This document shows positions 15,131 through 35,000 of a stretch of DNA of 64,000 nt, piece by piece (position 1 is the stretch's first letter; each line of letters begins with the position of its first letter). The notes below the pieces were generated by a model, which saw only the letters and a program-made list of their open reading frames with translations, did no database searches and was not told where the DNA came from. Source of the stretch: Eledone cirrhosa (Eukaryota); assembly GCA_964016885.1 (NCBI GenBank), contig OZ024747.1:39060001-39124000 (forward strand), written 5' to 3'. A program made the position numbers and the translations under genes.

Positions 15131-16014
15131 TTAGCAAAGAATTTGATCAATGACAACAATTAAAGACATATTTTCAGCCATTAAACCGCTTTGTTTAAGT
15201 ATATCATTTCCTGTGATAAATATGACAACGATAATCTATTGTGTTACTAATCCTCGAATATATTGGAGACAACGTTAACACTTAGTTCTGAATATCCCAA
15301 TCTAATCGAGCAATAGTTAACAAAAGGTCCAACATATAGACATTGTAAACATTTATTGTACTTTTAGGATTCACAGTTCATATTGCTAAATTACGGTATT
15401 TGTTTTAAAAACATCTGATGAGATTAATATTTGATAATCTGGCATGTTATCAAGGGTTAATATATCTTTCATATCCGTTGCGATTTGAAGTGCTGTTAAG
15501 TCCATTAACATTCTTCCTGTCAGATGAAAACAAATCGAATTGTTCAAATAGAATATTGATAAAATGTGCTCTTACTTAGTTTATGGTGTTGACTTCGATA
15601 TCTTCATCATCTGGGTGTGCATGTAATTAGTGTTAACTTCGAATCTCATTCCTCTGAGGACGATACAATATATGCGAACAATACATAGCTTTTTAATCAA
15701 ATGCATATTATTCATTGATTTTATGTATAATCAAAGAAATTGATTACAAAATATATATTGTTGATTAATATTAAATCACATACTGAAAAGTCATGTTAAA
15801 TCGTAATTGGCAGTAACGAGTTTGCTAATATACGTAAAGAAATTTGCAACAAAGAGAAACGAAGTATTGTACATTACAAATATATTAATCGATTTCGGAA
15901 GCCTGTTTCACTATGCATGATATATAAAAACCAATATAATATTGTGCTGTCAGTTATAGAACGAACTCTTGTGACAACGTTTTGTGAAATATTAAGATTA
16001 TGTATATAGTACAA

Positions 16015-16200
16015 GGCGGGGGATTGACAGTATCGGTAGAGGGTCGGACGCCATGCTTTGACGCATAGAGTTACTGCCCTTGCCATTCTGAGTTCAAATC
16101 CCGCCAAGGTTAACTTTGCCTTTCATCCTTACAGGGTCGATAAAATAAAGTACCAGTAATACACTGGGTAGTTGCTGGCCTTGTGCCAAAAGTAGAAACA
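16015..16200 (+). mobile_element. tRNA-derived SINE
   Basis: A-box-like TGACAGTATCGG, B-box-like GAGTTCAAATCC; body nearly identical to copies at 40226-40510. Confidence 0.75.
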
Positions 16201-16367
16201 TTTATGTATATAGTACAAGGAAATTAAACTAAAGGCAATACACACACACACACGCATACACACGCACACACACACACACACACATTCACACACACACACA
16301 AACACATACACACACACGCACACACACATACACACACACACATACACACACACACAAACACTGACAC

Positions 16368-16397
<30 letters not shown>

Positions 16398-16399
<2 letters not shown>

Positions 16400-17100
16400 T
16401 TCTTTTTTGAATTTGTTTTGCGAGATTTCTTATCTGAAACCGTGTGTTGAAACAGATATTGTTATAATTTGGGAGGGTCATGTTACCAATAAAAACACAT
16501 ACACCTATTGGTTTTAACTTTAATTGATTATAGGTTTCCGGTTGGTTGGTTGGTTCTATAACCGGAAGGCTGTTCATATATTGTCAAAGCTCTTTTGTCA
16601 TATATTCTGTAACCTCCTCAGTGATTAGGATTTTATTTTGTGTGTCTCTCCTTTGTTCTGTCCTACGCCATCTTGTTATTTGTGTAGTGTGTCGTGTGTT
16701 TCGTTTGCGCATGCGTTACATCCGGGTGTGTGTGTTTTTTTTTTCTATATTTATCTATGTGTTTACTTGTTCTATCTGTGTGTGCCTGATTTGTTTTGTT
16801 AGTTTGGTTTTTGTGTGTGTCTGTATGTCTTTATTTTCTCCTTAATTACTAGTTTTGATGTTGCTATTCCAACACTCATGTTTTCTGTTTAATTTTGGTT
16901 GGAGTTCTTTAATATATGTTACCTCTGTGATTCATCTAGAGCATTGCATCTTTTCTCTGTGTGATAACTTATCCTTTCTCCTATGCTACGGGCTGTTTCT
17001 TTTATGTATGTCATGTTCTTATTCCTACACTCTCCCTCAGTACATCGTATGTTATATACTAGGTTGCTAGTTTTGCAGTTAATTTACGGGCTTCTCTTGC
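16398..17100 (-). mobile_element. Penelope-like element, inverted segment (GIY-YIG fragment + pLTR tail)
   Basis: Minus strand near 17080-16980 reads NCKTSNLVYNIRCTEGEC...TYI..ETARSIGER (frameshifted GIY-YIG); ~16690-16852 is the inverted copy of ~19857-20030. Confidence 0.7.
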
Positions 17101-17329
17101 AGACTATGCATTTCCTATAATCACAGTCTTTGAAATAGTTATGTTTTGCTAATTAGTATTTTTATGGGAATACCTGGTCGTTCAACTATCTTAATATTTA
17201 ATTTGAGCCCTTCTAGGCCCCTTCTAAATCAATAAGCTAGTACGTTTCTAGGGGTTATATTGACGAACATTACATTCTGGTATTTATTTCTATCATAAAA
17301 TAATATCTCGAGAACTCCAATTCATAAAA

Positions 17330-20030
<2,701 letters not shown>

Positions 20031-20717
20031 TAAAAGTTCATTAAATAAATCTCGCTACCTTAACCTTTAATTTTCTAATAATTTATTTTTCAATTTATCA
20101 TTTTGCAATTTAATAATTTTAATTTAATTTAATTTACTCCTATAACTAGCAACATAAGTTTAACGTTCCAATTTTCGGGTCACACATTAGACCATATAGA
20201 TTCTTTGGAGTAGCATTTTTCGCGGCATTTTCTAGCAAGAAATGTAGTGTGACCCTTACGCTGACTTCTTTTCTTCCTTTTCTCTTCTTTCTTCCTTTCT
20301 TTATTTCTTCCCCTTTTGTTTGACGGAGAGGTGGTAGTGCATTATTAGCCTTCGCCCCCTCTCCAGATGGTCATTAGTAGATTGAGTTGCCATCACTTTG
20401 AGGGCGACTGGCCGAGGTGAAAGCAGCTAGTTGGTCAGCCGTCCTCTTTTTCTCTGTCTCTAATTTTTCGGACCCACAGTTTTTTACATATTCCTTTGTT
20501 ATATTCCAATACCTGATGATATCACCGGATTCATATAGAACCCGGTCATTTAAATCCTGTGATTTTATTTTATTTATAATTAACTCCGTATTCGCACCAC
20601 CAACTACACACACGAAGACGGGTGAACTGCACTGCGCTGAGTATTCTCCACAATATTACACCAAGATTGACCATACGGAATGACCAATTCTATCCAGTGG
20701 TGAACCAACAAGCCTAA

Positions 20718-20757
<40 letters not shown>

Positions 20758-20762
<5 letters not shown>

Positions 20763-22290
20763 GAGAACAAAAGATGGTTAAAGGAGTTCCATGTATTTTA
20801 TTATGCGCATTTCAAAAACAAATATCATCATGCAATAATATTTGTGTTTTCATCAGATAAAACAGGAGGACATGATATGAAGGCTAAAAAACACTTGTGG
20901 ATAGTTCAGTTTTAAATCAACATATGAGAAGCACTTTTAGATTGATGTGTGATATTGGGAAAAACTATTTTATTTAGAGGGGGGGTGGAAAGGATGAAAA
21001 AAAGAGGAGGAGATGAGAGTGAAGGTGGAGAGGGAGGAGTATAGTGAGGAAGGACGAGATAGGAGGAGAGATGGGTGATAGAGAGAGAGAGAGAGATTTT
21101 ATAACTGAGAAAGATATATTGTTTTACATAGAGAGGTTGAAAACCGTTGGAAGATAATGTGTAAATTAAAAGAATTTGAAAATTAACGAAGAGAAAAATA
21201 TGTGCGAAGAAAGAGAAGGAGTTAATATGTATTGAGAATAATGAGTTAGATGATAGGGAGAAAAGATTAATGAATTGCGGATGAATATTCTAACGTCAAA
21301 AAAAATGTATATGTTTACGAAGGATTTTTATAAGGTGATATAGAGTAAGAATGTGTTGTATTATGTAATAATTGATTCTATGTTAGGCAAGAGTGAGAAA
21401 AGGTACAGTTTAGGGGTTAGATATTAGAAGAGAAGAAAAGGAAGTGATAAATATGGGTGATGTAGAAAGAGTCAACAAGTATTATAGAAATTTGAAAATT
21501 AACGAAGAGAAAAATAATGTAAAGTTAAGGTTTGTATATTGAAGGATTTGAGAGAAATAATGTAAAGTTAAGGTTTGTATATTGAAGGATTTGATATGTG
21601 CGAAGAAAAAGAAAATGTTAATATGTATTGAGAATAATGAGTTAGATGATAGGGAGAAAAAAATTAATGAATTGAGGATGAATAATCTAGCGTCAGAAAA
21701 ATGTATATGTTTACGAAGGATTTTACAAGTTGATATAGAGTAAGAGTAATGAGTAAACAAGTATTATAGAATGTATAATAACCTTTGAAATAAGGTAGAA
21801 AGATGGGTATATTTTTAAAAGAAGTGTATATATATGTGCCTTTGAGAAAAAGATTCTAAATTGATAAAGAATTGAATATTAGCTGTATACTTTGTGAAAT
21901 GTTTTATGGAATTTATGCAAGCAGATAGAAAACAAATCAGTGCGTCTATTTATTATAGAATCTAGATTAGAGATAATGGTAAATTTTTCATTTAGACAGA
22001 GATTGCAGATTTTAGATAGAGAACTGTTATGAATCTTAATGAGGATGTCGAGGAAGGGGAGTTGTTGATGGCTGTATTCCATCGTGAAGTTAATATTTGT
22101 GTTGAGCCCATTTATAAGGGTGTGAAATTCTTTAAGTTTTTCGATGTTTTCGTGCCAAAGGATGAAGCAGTCATCTAGATATCGCTTCCAGTTCCTTTCA
22201 ATGTGTAAGTGGAGGGTGTTTCCAAATTTGTTTAGGACTTTAGTGTAGAGGGTGATTTCCAGGTATCCCATGACTAGGTTGGCACCCACA
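20758..22290 (-). mobile_element. Penelope-like element, 5'-truncated and internally deleted
   Basis: ORF 21879-22289 has ANLVMG...WKRYLDD...LPFLD (PLE RT) fused to CNLCLNEK...CLHK (GIY-YIG C-terminus); 3' tail with hammerhead abuts (TA)n. Confidence 0.85.
20796..20862 (-). ncRNA. Type I hammerhead ribozyme in PLE pLTR
   Basis: Minus strand: TTTTAT-CTGATGA-(~15 bp stem II)-GAAA-TGCGC-ATA-ATAAAA; palindromic ATGCGCAT stem III. Confidence 0.75.
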
Positions 22291-22674
22291 CCCAGCGCAT
22301 CAGCAAGGAATCTTACTTCATTAACAAATACGGACCCCGTCTAAACACTTCTCCCTAAGACGAACCCACAACATACACACGTCAACATACATACCTACAT
22401 CAGCACACATCTCTACCCACATATAAACACAATGACACACGTAAACACACATGCTCTATGGTGCAATACAAAAAAATATATGTGCATATATATGTATGTA
22501 TATATGTATATATATATATATATGTAGTGAATGTGTGTGTGTGTGTGTATATATATAGTGAATATCATTTCACACCTTTTATTGTTAAGATTTTTTATGT
22601 TCTATTAAGAGAACCGATTTTACTGAAAAAATCGAATAATGTACACCATTTTACCAGGGGGAAAAAATACTGGT

Positions 22675-22715
<41 letters not shown>

Positions 22716-22847
22716 CACAAACACATACACACGCGTACATCAACATACAAAGAGACTTATACACACACAGACACACACACACGCACTTCTCCGTATAAGA
22801 CAAAAGCTGAAAATTATCTTTTGACCTTCGAATGACTCTGCTGTATG

Positions 22848-22888
<41 letters not shown>

Positions 22889-22969
22889 ACACTTATCTTA
22901 ATAGCCATTTGACACACATCGCTGCTGGCCATTGTCGCAGCATCGAACACCTTACTACTACTACTACTA

Positions 22970-23009
<40 letters not shown>

Positions 23010-23505
23010 ACACACACACACATATTTGTTGTGAAAGAGTCATTTCTCAATCTTGGCGCAAAACCAATTTTTTATCCACATGACCTCTACCGACCAATCA
23101 AAATTGTTTTGACCAATAATTTTTGCTGGAGCCACTTTTTTAACATTTTAACATAAAAACAGTCTTGGCGTAAAATCAACTTTTTACATTCACATGACCT
23201 CTACCGACCAATCAAAATTGTTTTGACCACAAGCATTTTTGCAACACAAAAATAACGCTGGAGCCACTTTTTAAACATAAAAACAGGTAGAATTCCCAAA
23301 ACTAATCAGATCAGAGCAAACAGCACGGACACTCAATCTCAGAATTATTTTTGAAAAGCATTTAGAAATGCGCAACCGGTAAAAACTTAAAAACTTAAAA
23401 CCACAACTGAATACTAACCCATACAATCACTAATACTCTTTCATTCCTAATTAAACCATTTTTCAACTGTGAACAATTTGTCACCATTTTCTATTCCGTT
23501 TACCA

Positions 23506-24828
<1,323 letters not shown>

Positions 24829-24987
24829 TATATTAGGTTATGCAAGAACTGTTTAGGATTATCCTGAATACAGTAATGGTTAATTACTACACTAGATAGA
24901 GTCGACCTACGTTGAGGGGTTACTCACCGATTTATGGAAGAATAGTTACAGAAACTTAGTTTCTGATTCTTCTGTATGCCGGCGTGT

Positions 24988-25240
24988 AGATAAAGAATGA
25001 ACAATAACACAGGTAGACATGATAAAAAGGTAATTTATTCTGAGTGTTTACAAATGTTTCAACAGTAGTTAAACATCTTAGTCATGCCATGTGCAAATTT
25101 GTATTATTTATTGCAGATACTCAATTTTCAAATGCTGCTTCTCCTATTGAATCTTCAGAGCAGAATGGTTAACGTGTAAATTCCCTTGTATTTCTTAAAG
25201 ATATTGGGGAAGATAGAGTAGAAAAAGGAAGAGAGAAAGA

Positions 25241-25306
<66 letters not shown>

Positions 25307-27594
25307 TTTGAATAATACAGATAGCTTAATCTAAATGTTGTGATAGGCGTTCAACAAGTGGTTTTATTATACTGCTTACTCTCAAAGTAACAACTTAGGC
25401 ATTGTGTTGATATTGTCAAGTTTGGAATTATGTATTGCCACAGAGAGCAGGTTGATAGATGTGGAGAGAAAGGGGGGTAGACAGAGGGCCAGAGGGAGAG
25501 AGAGAGGAAGGGAGAGAGAGAAAGAAAGAGAGAGAGAGAGAGAGAGGGGGGGGGGGGGCAGAGAAAAGCTACGGGAAACGAGAAGGGGGAAGGGTAGACG
25601 GTATACATCGAGTTCGTAGTTGTAGTCTGCTAATCGCAATCAAGTAGCCATTTATAATGATAAGCAGGGTACTGGCTTGCAGTGTATGTGTGGGGGCGGA
25701 TATAGTTAGGAAGTAGTTATTGAGTGGAATTATTTAGCGAGAAAGTGATGTTGTAGTCTCAGGTTCGTATGTTAAGCTATTTTATAGTGAGACAATTTAG
25801 CCTTCATTTTGTGTTTGCAGTATAACGATCGTTCGATTCTGTCATTTAGTAAATTGTGTTTGTATTTTAAGATATAAAAGAGTTCAAGGTTGCATAATCT
25901 GCAGTACTTCAATCCACTCCGGTATTCACTAGTGCTGGATAATTTATCCCATTTCAATGTGTACTGCCGGTTGCATTCACGGAGTTGCCAGGTCTTATTG
26001 GCGAGCGTGGTTACAAGACGGTGTTCAGGATGTTTAATCGAAAATCGATGACGATACCAACGAGACTTAAAGGGTGTAGTGGTAGACCCGATGTAATACC
26101 ATTTCTGGTCGTTCGATTCGACAGTACATTGATAAACAATGTTGGATCAAGGCATTTATTCTTCAATGGGCATCTTTTGGGTAGGTAGCAGTTGCAGTGT
26201 TTGTTGTGGGTATCAGGTTACCATGGATAGGTTGGGATAACAGTTCAGGTGGGTTGTGTAATACCCGTCTTCTATTTGGTGGTTGGGTGGCTGATATTAC
26301 GTTATGCCCATCTGCTTTTAAAATATTTTGTTTTGTAGTGTTGTTTAATAATTGCTTTAAGTTAAGTTTGCTTATGTATGCTTCAAGGTTTGGTGCTGTG
26401 GAGTATTATAGCTTAATATTCTCAGAGTTTAGAATTTTACTGTATTTATGGGAATTAGGGAAATGCTTGTTAATTGACCTAAAGAATGAAATAGATAGGT
26501 TTGTACTAATCAAAGCATTAAAAGTGGGATTATACCACATATACTTTCTACAACGTAATTTATTTGAGTTTGGTGATGACTTTCTATTATTAGTATGTCT
26601 GGTGGTAATGTGTATGTGCGCTTGTATTTCTGTACCCCGGTTACATATTCTTCGATTTCGTGTGTGGTTATAATCAATGTATTCTATTTTATTCCGGTGG
26701 TCTGCATTCCTTAATGCGTTATTATAGAATTCAGCATGTTCACTGAAAATCTCAGAGTTAGACGATAGGCGAGATATTCTGAGAGAAATACTACGAGGAA
26801 CCGATTTGATCATGGAAAGTGGGTGATTCGAATTAAAATTAATATAGGTAAGATTCTCATTTATCTTGTGGAATGGTCGTGTCAGTCCTGTATTCAAATT
26901 AAGAAAATGTACTACTTTAAGATTGTATTCGTACGTTATTTTTAGAGCCAGTTCACTAAAAGATTTCCTAATGTTTTTCCGTAGTCTTTCAAGATTTTCG
27001 TTATTTAAGTTATTAACTAATAAAAGTGCGTCATCTCTATATATTCCCCCCTGTAGATTATTAAATTTTCCATGTAGTATGTAAATTCCCACAAGATCCG
27101 TGACTCCACTGAATCATTGGACCCCACTAACTAATTCCACCCGCTAACTAATACCACTCAATAACTACTTCCTAACTATACCCCCACCCCCACACATACT
27201 CACACACTGCAAACCAGTACCCTGCTTATCATTATAAATGGATACTTGAGTACGATTAGCAGACTACAACTATGAACTCCATGTATACCGTCTTTCCTTC
27301 CTCTTCTCGTAGCTTTTCTCTGTTCCCCCTCTCTCTTTTTCTTTCTCTCTCTCCATTCCTCTCTTTCTTTCTCTCTCTCTCTGGTCCTCTGTCTACCTGC
27401 CTCTCTCTCCACATCTATCAACCTGCTCTCTGTGGCAATAAATAATTCCAAAGTTGACAATATCAACACAATGCCTCAGTTATCACTTTGAGAGTAAGCA
27501 GTATAATAAACCCACTTGTTGAACCCCTATCACAATATTTAGATTAAGCTATCTGTATTCTTCAAACCACTCTCTCCCATTTCTCCGACCCTTA

Positions 27595-27676
<82 letters not shown>

Positions 27677-27970
27677 TCACTCTCTCTCTGTCTATCTCTG
27701 TCTATCTCTCATTCTTTCTCTCTTCCTTTTTATACTCTATCTTCCCTAATAACTTCCTTTAAGAAATACAAGGGAATTTACACTTAAACCATTCTGCTCT
27801 AAAGATACGATAGGAGAAGTAGCATTTGAAAATTGAATATCTGCAAATAAATAAATACCAATTTGCACACAACATTACTAGAATGTGTAACTACTGTTGA
27901 AACATTTGTAAGCACTCGGAATACATTACCTTTCCATGATGTCTACCTGTTTTATTATTCATTCTTTATA
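24988..27970 (-). mobile_element. Penelope-like element with inverted pLTRs
   Basis: RT YRDD (26406-27092), GIY-YIG WYYIGST (~26090) and CRLCNLE...CKHK (25772-25957); ~24988-25740 is the inverted copy of ~27141-27970. Confidence 0.88.
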
Positions 27971-28014
27971 CATATATACATTTTGTGAACATATACATAT
28001 ATATTCTGTGTGTG

Positions 28015-28272
28015 AACACACACACAGAAACAAAATGGCGTAGGACAGAACAAAGGAGAGGCACAAAAAAAAGAAAATAATCCCCAGTCACTGAAGAGAT
28101 CACAGAATGTGTGACGAAAGAACTTTCACAATATATAAACAACTATCTGGTTGTGGAACCAACCAACCAGAAATTTATAAATTCCTAAATTTTAAATTTA
28201 TTATAATAAATTGAAGTGAAAGCAACTGGTGCGTGTGTTTCTTATTGGCAACATGACCCTCCCAAAGTATAA
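28015..28272 (+). mobile_element. Solo PLE pLTR fragment (family of 16398-20030) with degenerate hammerhead
   Basis: Inverted homolog of ~16465-16680; GTCA-CTGAAGA-GATCACA..TGTGAC-GAAA at 28087-28119; followed by (TA)n. Confidence 0.6.
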
Positions 28273-28274
28273 CA

Positions 28275-28357
<83 letters not shown>

Positions 28358-28409
28358 TAAATATATATATATTTATATAAAGTTGAGAAGTGACACACGA
28401 GTTCATATA

Positions 28410-30143
<1,734 letters not shown>

Positions 30144-30150
30144 TTTTTTT

Positions 30151-31158
30151 CCTAAGTTTTGCCAGAGTAGCAAAAACGTGCGAAGCGATCCAGGTAACTC
30201 AGGAGGAATTAGAAGAAGCCAAAGGAATGGTATAGAAAGACGGGTACAGGGTCAGCCTCATCCCCCCCCCCACCTAATAAAATGGAGCATCGTCGCCTAT
30301 GCACCGTGTCTTATCGAACAATTAACATAAAATCGCGCCGAGTGGAACGGGCATTCGAGTCCCAAATCCCAAAACTTTGGGACATGTGTGGGCAAAAGAC
30401 CCACATCAGACGTGGGGAGAAATATGGAACCGTGGGCGTGTTCTTTGAAACACCACAGGAGGCCAGAGAACACTCCATGGTCCCATTAAGAAGTGACGAC
30501 TTCACACTCGTCCCGAGCTATTGTGGCCAGAGACTTGTGAAGATCAGGGTGACCCACGTTCCACCGGCCATCGAAATTCCTTGGCTAATGGCTGCCGTCC
30601 TCGCCGGCATAGAGGCCAACACCAAGATAATTGAAATAGCGAAAGAAAAGCAGGCGAACTGGTTAGGATCTGGGATGGAGCTCCTGATCCAAGCGGACCA
30701 TAAAAGCATTGAGGAGATCCCGGCTACCTCACCGTAATCGTCGAGGGCAGAAGGCCTAGGTGTGTCGTTTGTGGTAAAGGAACCCACATAAGGTATTTTT
30801 GCCCTCAGACTAAAAGGTTGAGGCCACCTCTGTTACCCACCCCAGTGACTCAACCATCAACACCACCAGCAGCAGAAATGGCAGCAACAACTGTAGCAGT
30901 AACAACAGAAGCAACTGTAACAGCAACAAGCCCAGCAATACTAGCAAAACCAACACCACCACCACCCAACGCGCCAGAACCAGCACCAGCGCATACACCA
31001 TCCACCACGCCACAACCATAACCAACGCCTGTGGAGGGTTTTCCACTCCCCGGCTTATCGCAAATGGAGAGATATTGTGACGACGAGGAGTGGGAAACGG
31101 TAACAGGAAAAAAAAAAAAAAGAAATCAAAAAAGAAAAAAATATCTCCCTTCCCCCTG
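30151..31158 (+). mobile_element. L1/Tx1-like ORF1 fragment
   Basis: Homologous to ~32656-33585; intact gag-like knuckle CVVCGKGTHIRYFC at ~30761-30802. Confidence 0.8.
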
Positions 31159-32031
31159 ATCTTTTTCATGTATGGGAGGTGGTTGATGCTCCCAACAATT
31201 ATTTTCATGGGGCAGGTCAAAATGCTTCCACATTATCCAATGTATGTATTGTGCAGCTGTGTCATGCCTGTTTGGGTATTCGGTTGGAGCTATAGGACTG
31301 CACATTGAAATTATATGATCAATGGTCTCTGGTTGTTTTTTACATACACGGCATAATGGGCTGCATCCATTTTTTATTATGTTGGCTTGGTAATTTTTTG
31401 TTGCTGATATAATCAGTCTTTCAGTCTCCGATTGCAGTCCAGAGGATGCAAACCACTGATGGGATGAAGTTTTGTCAACATCAGGATTGTTAGCTCGCTC
31501 TGGGTATTTTCCATACAGAGGCTTTTCTTGCCATTTCTTAGCCAGTTTCTGTAGCAGTTCTTTATTTGCAGTTACTTTTACCTGCTTTGCTTTTTCTGTG
31601 TTTTCCATTTCAGCAGTAAATGGGACTTCTGAAATGTGTAGTCCATTACTGTATCTTTGTGCATCTTTTGTAATGGAGAATGGTCTTTTGATGCTTTCGT
31701 GTTTCAAAACGAGTTTGATCATCCAATCATGTGATACTCTTAGATATGTAGATAATCCAATTGTTGCAGTTTTCAACGCAATATCTAACTGGATTAAGAA
31801 TTTTCTAATTTTTGTATCGAGCCTACGGATCTCTGAGCTTGACTAGTTGATGACATTGTAACTGTTGTTACTACTGGTATGGCAAGCGTGTTTATTGCAT
31901 CGATCCTATTCCTTGCATTCAATTCCGTCCTTAAGATCGCTCTTACTCTGCAGAAACATTCCTTCCTTATCCTTTCCCTCATTGTCGAGTGCTTGATTCC
32001 GTCTCCTTCACAAACACCTAGATATCTGTAA
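31159..32031 (-). mobile_element. R4/Dong-like family B internal fragment
   Basis: Near-identical to ~44980-45953 with internal deletions; CRVCKKQPETIDHIISMC zinc knuckle and RHD motif. Confidence 0.85.
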
Positions 32032-32061
32032 GTTATTATTATTATTATTATTATTATTATT

Positions 32062-35000
32062 GGCGACCTACGTAGTAAATCGTATCATCGTGAGCTCCGC
32101 AAAGGTTTGTTATTTTCAGTTGTTTAAAATTGCTATTTATGGAAAATGTTTATTGTTAACTGTATATAAGTGCACACACATTGATTTCTGAAAAGACAAC
32201 TCAAAAAGATTGGGGCCTTGAGCCCAAATTTTAAACTTTTTATAATTATCAAACAAATAAAAATTTTCTTTGAAAAATTATGTCCGACTCAGCAGCTGAG
32301 AGCCTTCCTCACAACCTAACACCTCACACCGACACAACCATTGTAAATATTACCACGTTTGCCAACACTAAAAATATAAGCAGTAGCAATATTTTAAATT
32401 TGTCTCAGCCAGACATTCATTTCCCGCCATTACCACCCCCACCACCACAGCGACAACCCCCGCCACAACCACCACAGCGACAACAGAAACAAAAGAAAAA
32501 AATAAATTAACTCATGCTATCGAAATGAATTCCACCAAAATGAACTCTTCCACACCTAACACCATTGAAGCCACCACCACCACAACTGAAACTAAAATTA
32601 ACAATAACAAAAATAACGATAGCAACAACAGTAACAATGAAATTAAGAAAATTACCCTGAGTTTTGCCAGAGTAGCAAAAACGTGCGAAGCGATCCAGGT
32701 AACTCAGGAGGAATTAGAAGCCAAAAGAATGGTAAAGAAAGATGGGTACAGGGTCAGCCCCCCCCCCCTAATAATATGGAGCATCGTCGCCTATGGACCG
32801 TGTCTTATCGGACAATTAACATAAAATCGCGCCGAGTGGACGGGCATCCGAGTCCCAAATCCAAAAAGCTTTGGGACAAGTGTGGGCAAATAAATCACAC
32901 ATCAGACGTGGGAAGAAATATGGAACCGTGGACGTGTTCTTTGAAACACCACAGGAGGCCAGAGAACACTCCATGGTCCCATTAAGAAGTGAAGACTTGT
33001 GAAGATCAGGGTGACTCACGTTCCACCGGCCATCGAAATTCGCTGGTTAATAGCTGCCGGCCTCGCCGGCATCGAGGCCAACACCAAGCTAATTGAAATA
33101 GCGAAAGAAAAGCAGGAGAACTAGTCCGGATCTGGGATGGAGCTCCTGATCCAAGAGGACCATAAAAGCATTGAAAAGATCCCAGAGGTAATAGACCTCA
33201 CTGACGGCAGCCACCTCACCGTAATCGTCGAGGGTAGAACGCCAAGGTGTGTCGTTTGTGGTGAAGGAACCTACCTAAGGGCTTTCTGCCCTCAGGCTAA
33301 AAGGATGAGGCCACCTCTCTTACTTACCCCAGTGACTCAACAATCAACACCACCACCAGCAACAACTGTAGCAGGAACAACAGAAGCAACTGTAACAGCA
33401 ACAACCCCAGCAACAGTAACAAAACCAACACCACCACCACCCAACGCGCCAGAACTGCCACCAGCGCCTACACGATCCACCACGCCACAATCAAAACCAT
33501 CGCCTGTGGAGGAGTGGGAAACGGTATCAGGAAAAAAGAAAGAAAAAGAAACCAAAAAAGAAAAAATTGTCTTCCTTCCGCCTCCAAAAACAAAATACAG
33601 AGGGAAACTAATAAATTATCAAACAAAAAAGTTAAGACAGATATGCCACCATCCACACCAGCATCACCAACCCCATCACCACAAAAACCAACACCATCAC
33701 CATCATTAACCCCAACACCACCATCACCAACACCACAAAAGTCACCAAAAAGCGAAACAGAAACAAACCCACAACAAACGCAAACAAAACAAAACAACCA
33801 AAACGATACACACTACACACCATTAAATTTGATCAATAACCAATTATTACACTACATGCCACACAACACCAGCATGACAGAAAAATACTACACGACAACC
33901 CAAAAGTCCACAGCCCCTCCACACATACACATCACTCGCATCACACAGAAACGTACACGACAGTAAAACAAAAATTCCCCAAAGTCATCGGAGATTTCCG
34001 ACAAACACTCTCCAGGCGGATTTATAAGGACATCCTTCCGGAGGAGGCCACAAGCAGGGAAAAGGATGGAGAAACCATCTTTCCTCTACGAGAAGTAAGG
34101 TAAGTGGTCTTTCCCATCTTTTCAACTCCATTTCAACATGACCTCACTCAGAATAGGCAACATAAATGCGCCTGGCTTGGGGTCGTCACGGAAGCAGGTC
34201 CACCTGCTCAACGAACTCAGGTCACTAAACATAGGTGTAGTTGCCATCAGCGAGACCAGAATCTCCGAAGCACGGGACTTCGCACCGATATTCGGCGGCT
34301 ACGGTGTGTACGCATCTCCCAGCTATCCGGGATTGGGGGAGGAGTTGCTGTGCTTATTCGGAGAGGTTTGGATCTCGCCATACGGGCCATCTTCCTGAAC
34401 CCAGAAGGTAAGTTGGTGGTGCTAGACGTGACCAGCGGAGGCGAGCAAGTTTTCAGGCTAGTGGCCGTCTATGCGCCGACAGGAGCAGGGCGGCCTGATT
34501 TCTTCCGGCGTCTGCAGACCTTTCTTGGAACGTCCCGCTCTTTAGTGTTAGCGGGCGACTGGAACGGGATCTTAGATGCACGCTGGGACTGTGTGGGATT
34601 AGCGGATAGGGGAGGAGGGTGCAAGAGCCTCACCAAACTGCTCAGGTGTTTTGAACTGTCTGACAGGTACCGATTGGATTTCCCGAATGTGCCAATGTGG
34701 ACTTGGACAAATCGCATAGGGTCATCCAGATCATATCTAGATAGAGTATTTTGTAGGGAAATAGATAGGTCTAGCATAGGCTGTCCACAATTCAAGATAG
34801 TCAGCTACACGGACTACAAATTCGTGATCTGTGTGCTTGACTTAGATAGGCTTCATAGACGAGCACCCGGCTATTGGAAGCTAAACGCGTCCTTACCAGC
34901 GCACAAAGCCTACAGAGACCGGATTAGCGAACTAGTTAAGCGGGGGTTGACGGTGGCCATCGTCAACAACAAGTGGTGGTTTGCTTTGCAAAGAGCAATT

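Noticed and set aside
16015-16110. tRNA gene
   Set aside because: A/B boxes present but no cloverleaf; continues into a SINE body repeated elsewhere in the window
20374-20683. Short ORFs in GC-richer segment
   Set aside because: No recognisable homology; probably an unclassified repeat fragment
25100-25165. Hammerhead in the pLTR of the 24988-27970 PLE (also relics near 30020 and 56903)
   Set aside because: Core or stems degenerate; likely dead relics, not callable
32061-32075. TGGCGACC resembling an LTR tRNA primer-binding site
   Set aside because: No LTRs, protease or integrase; it is the 5' end of a non-LTR element
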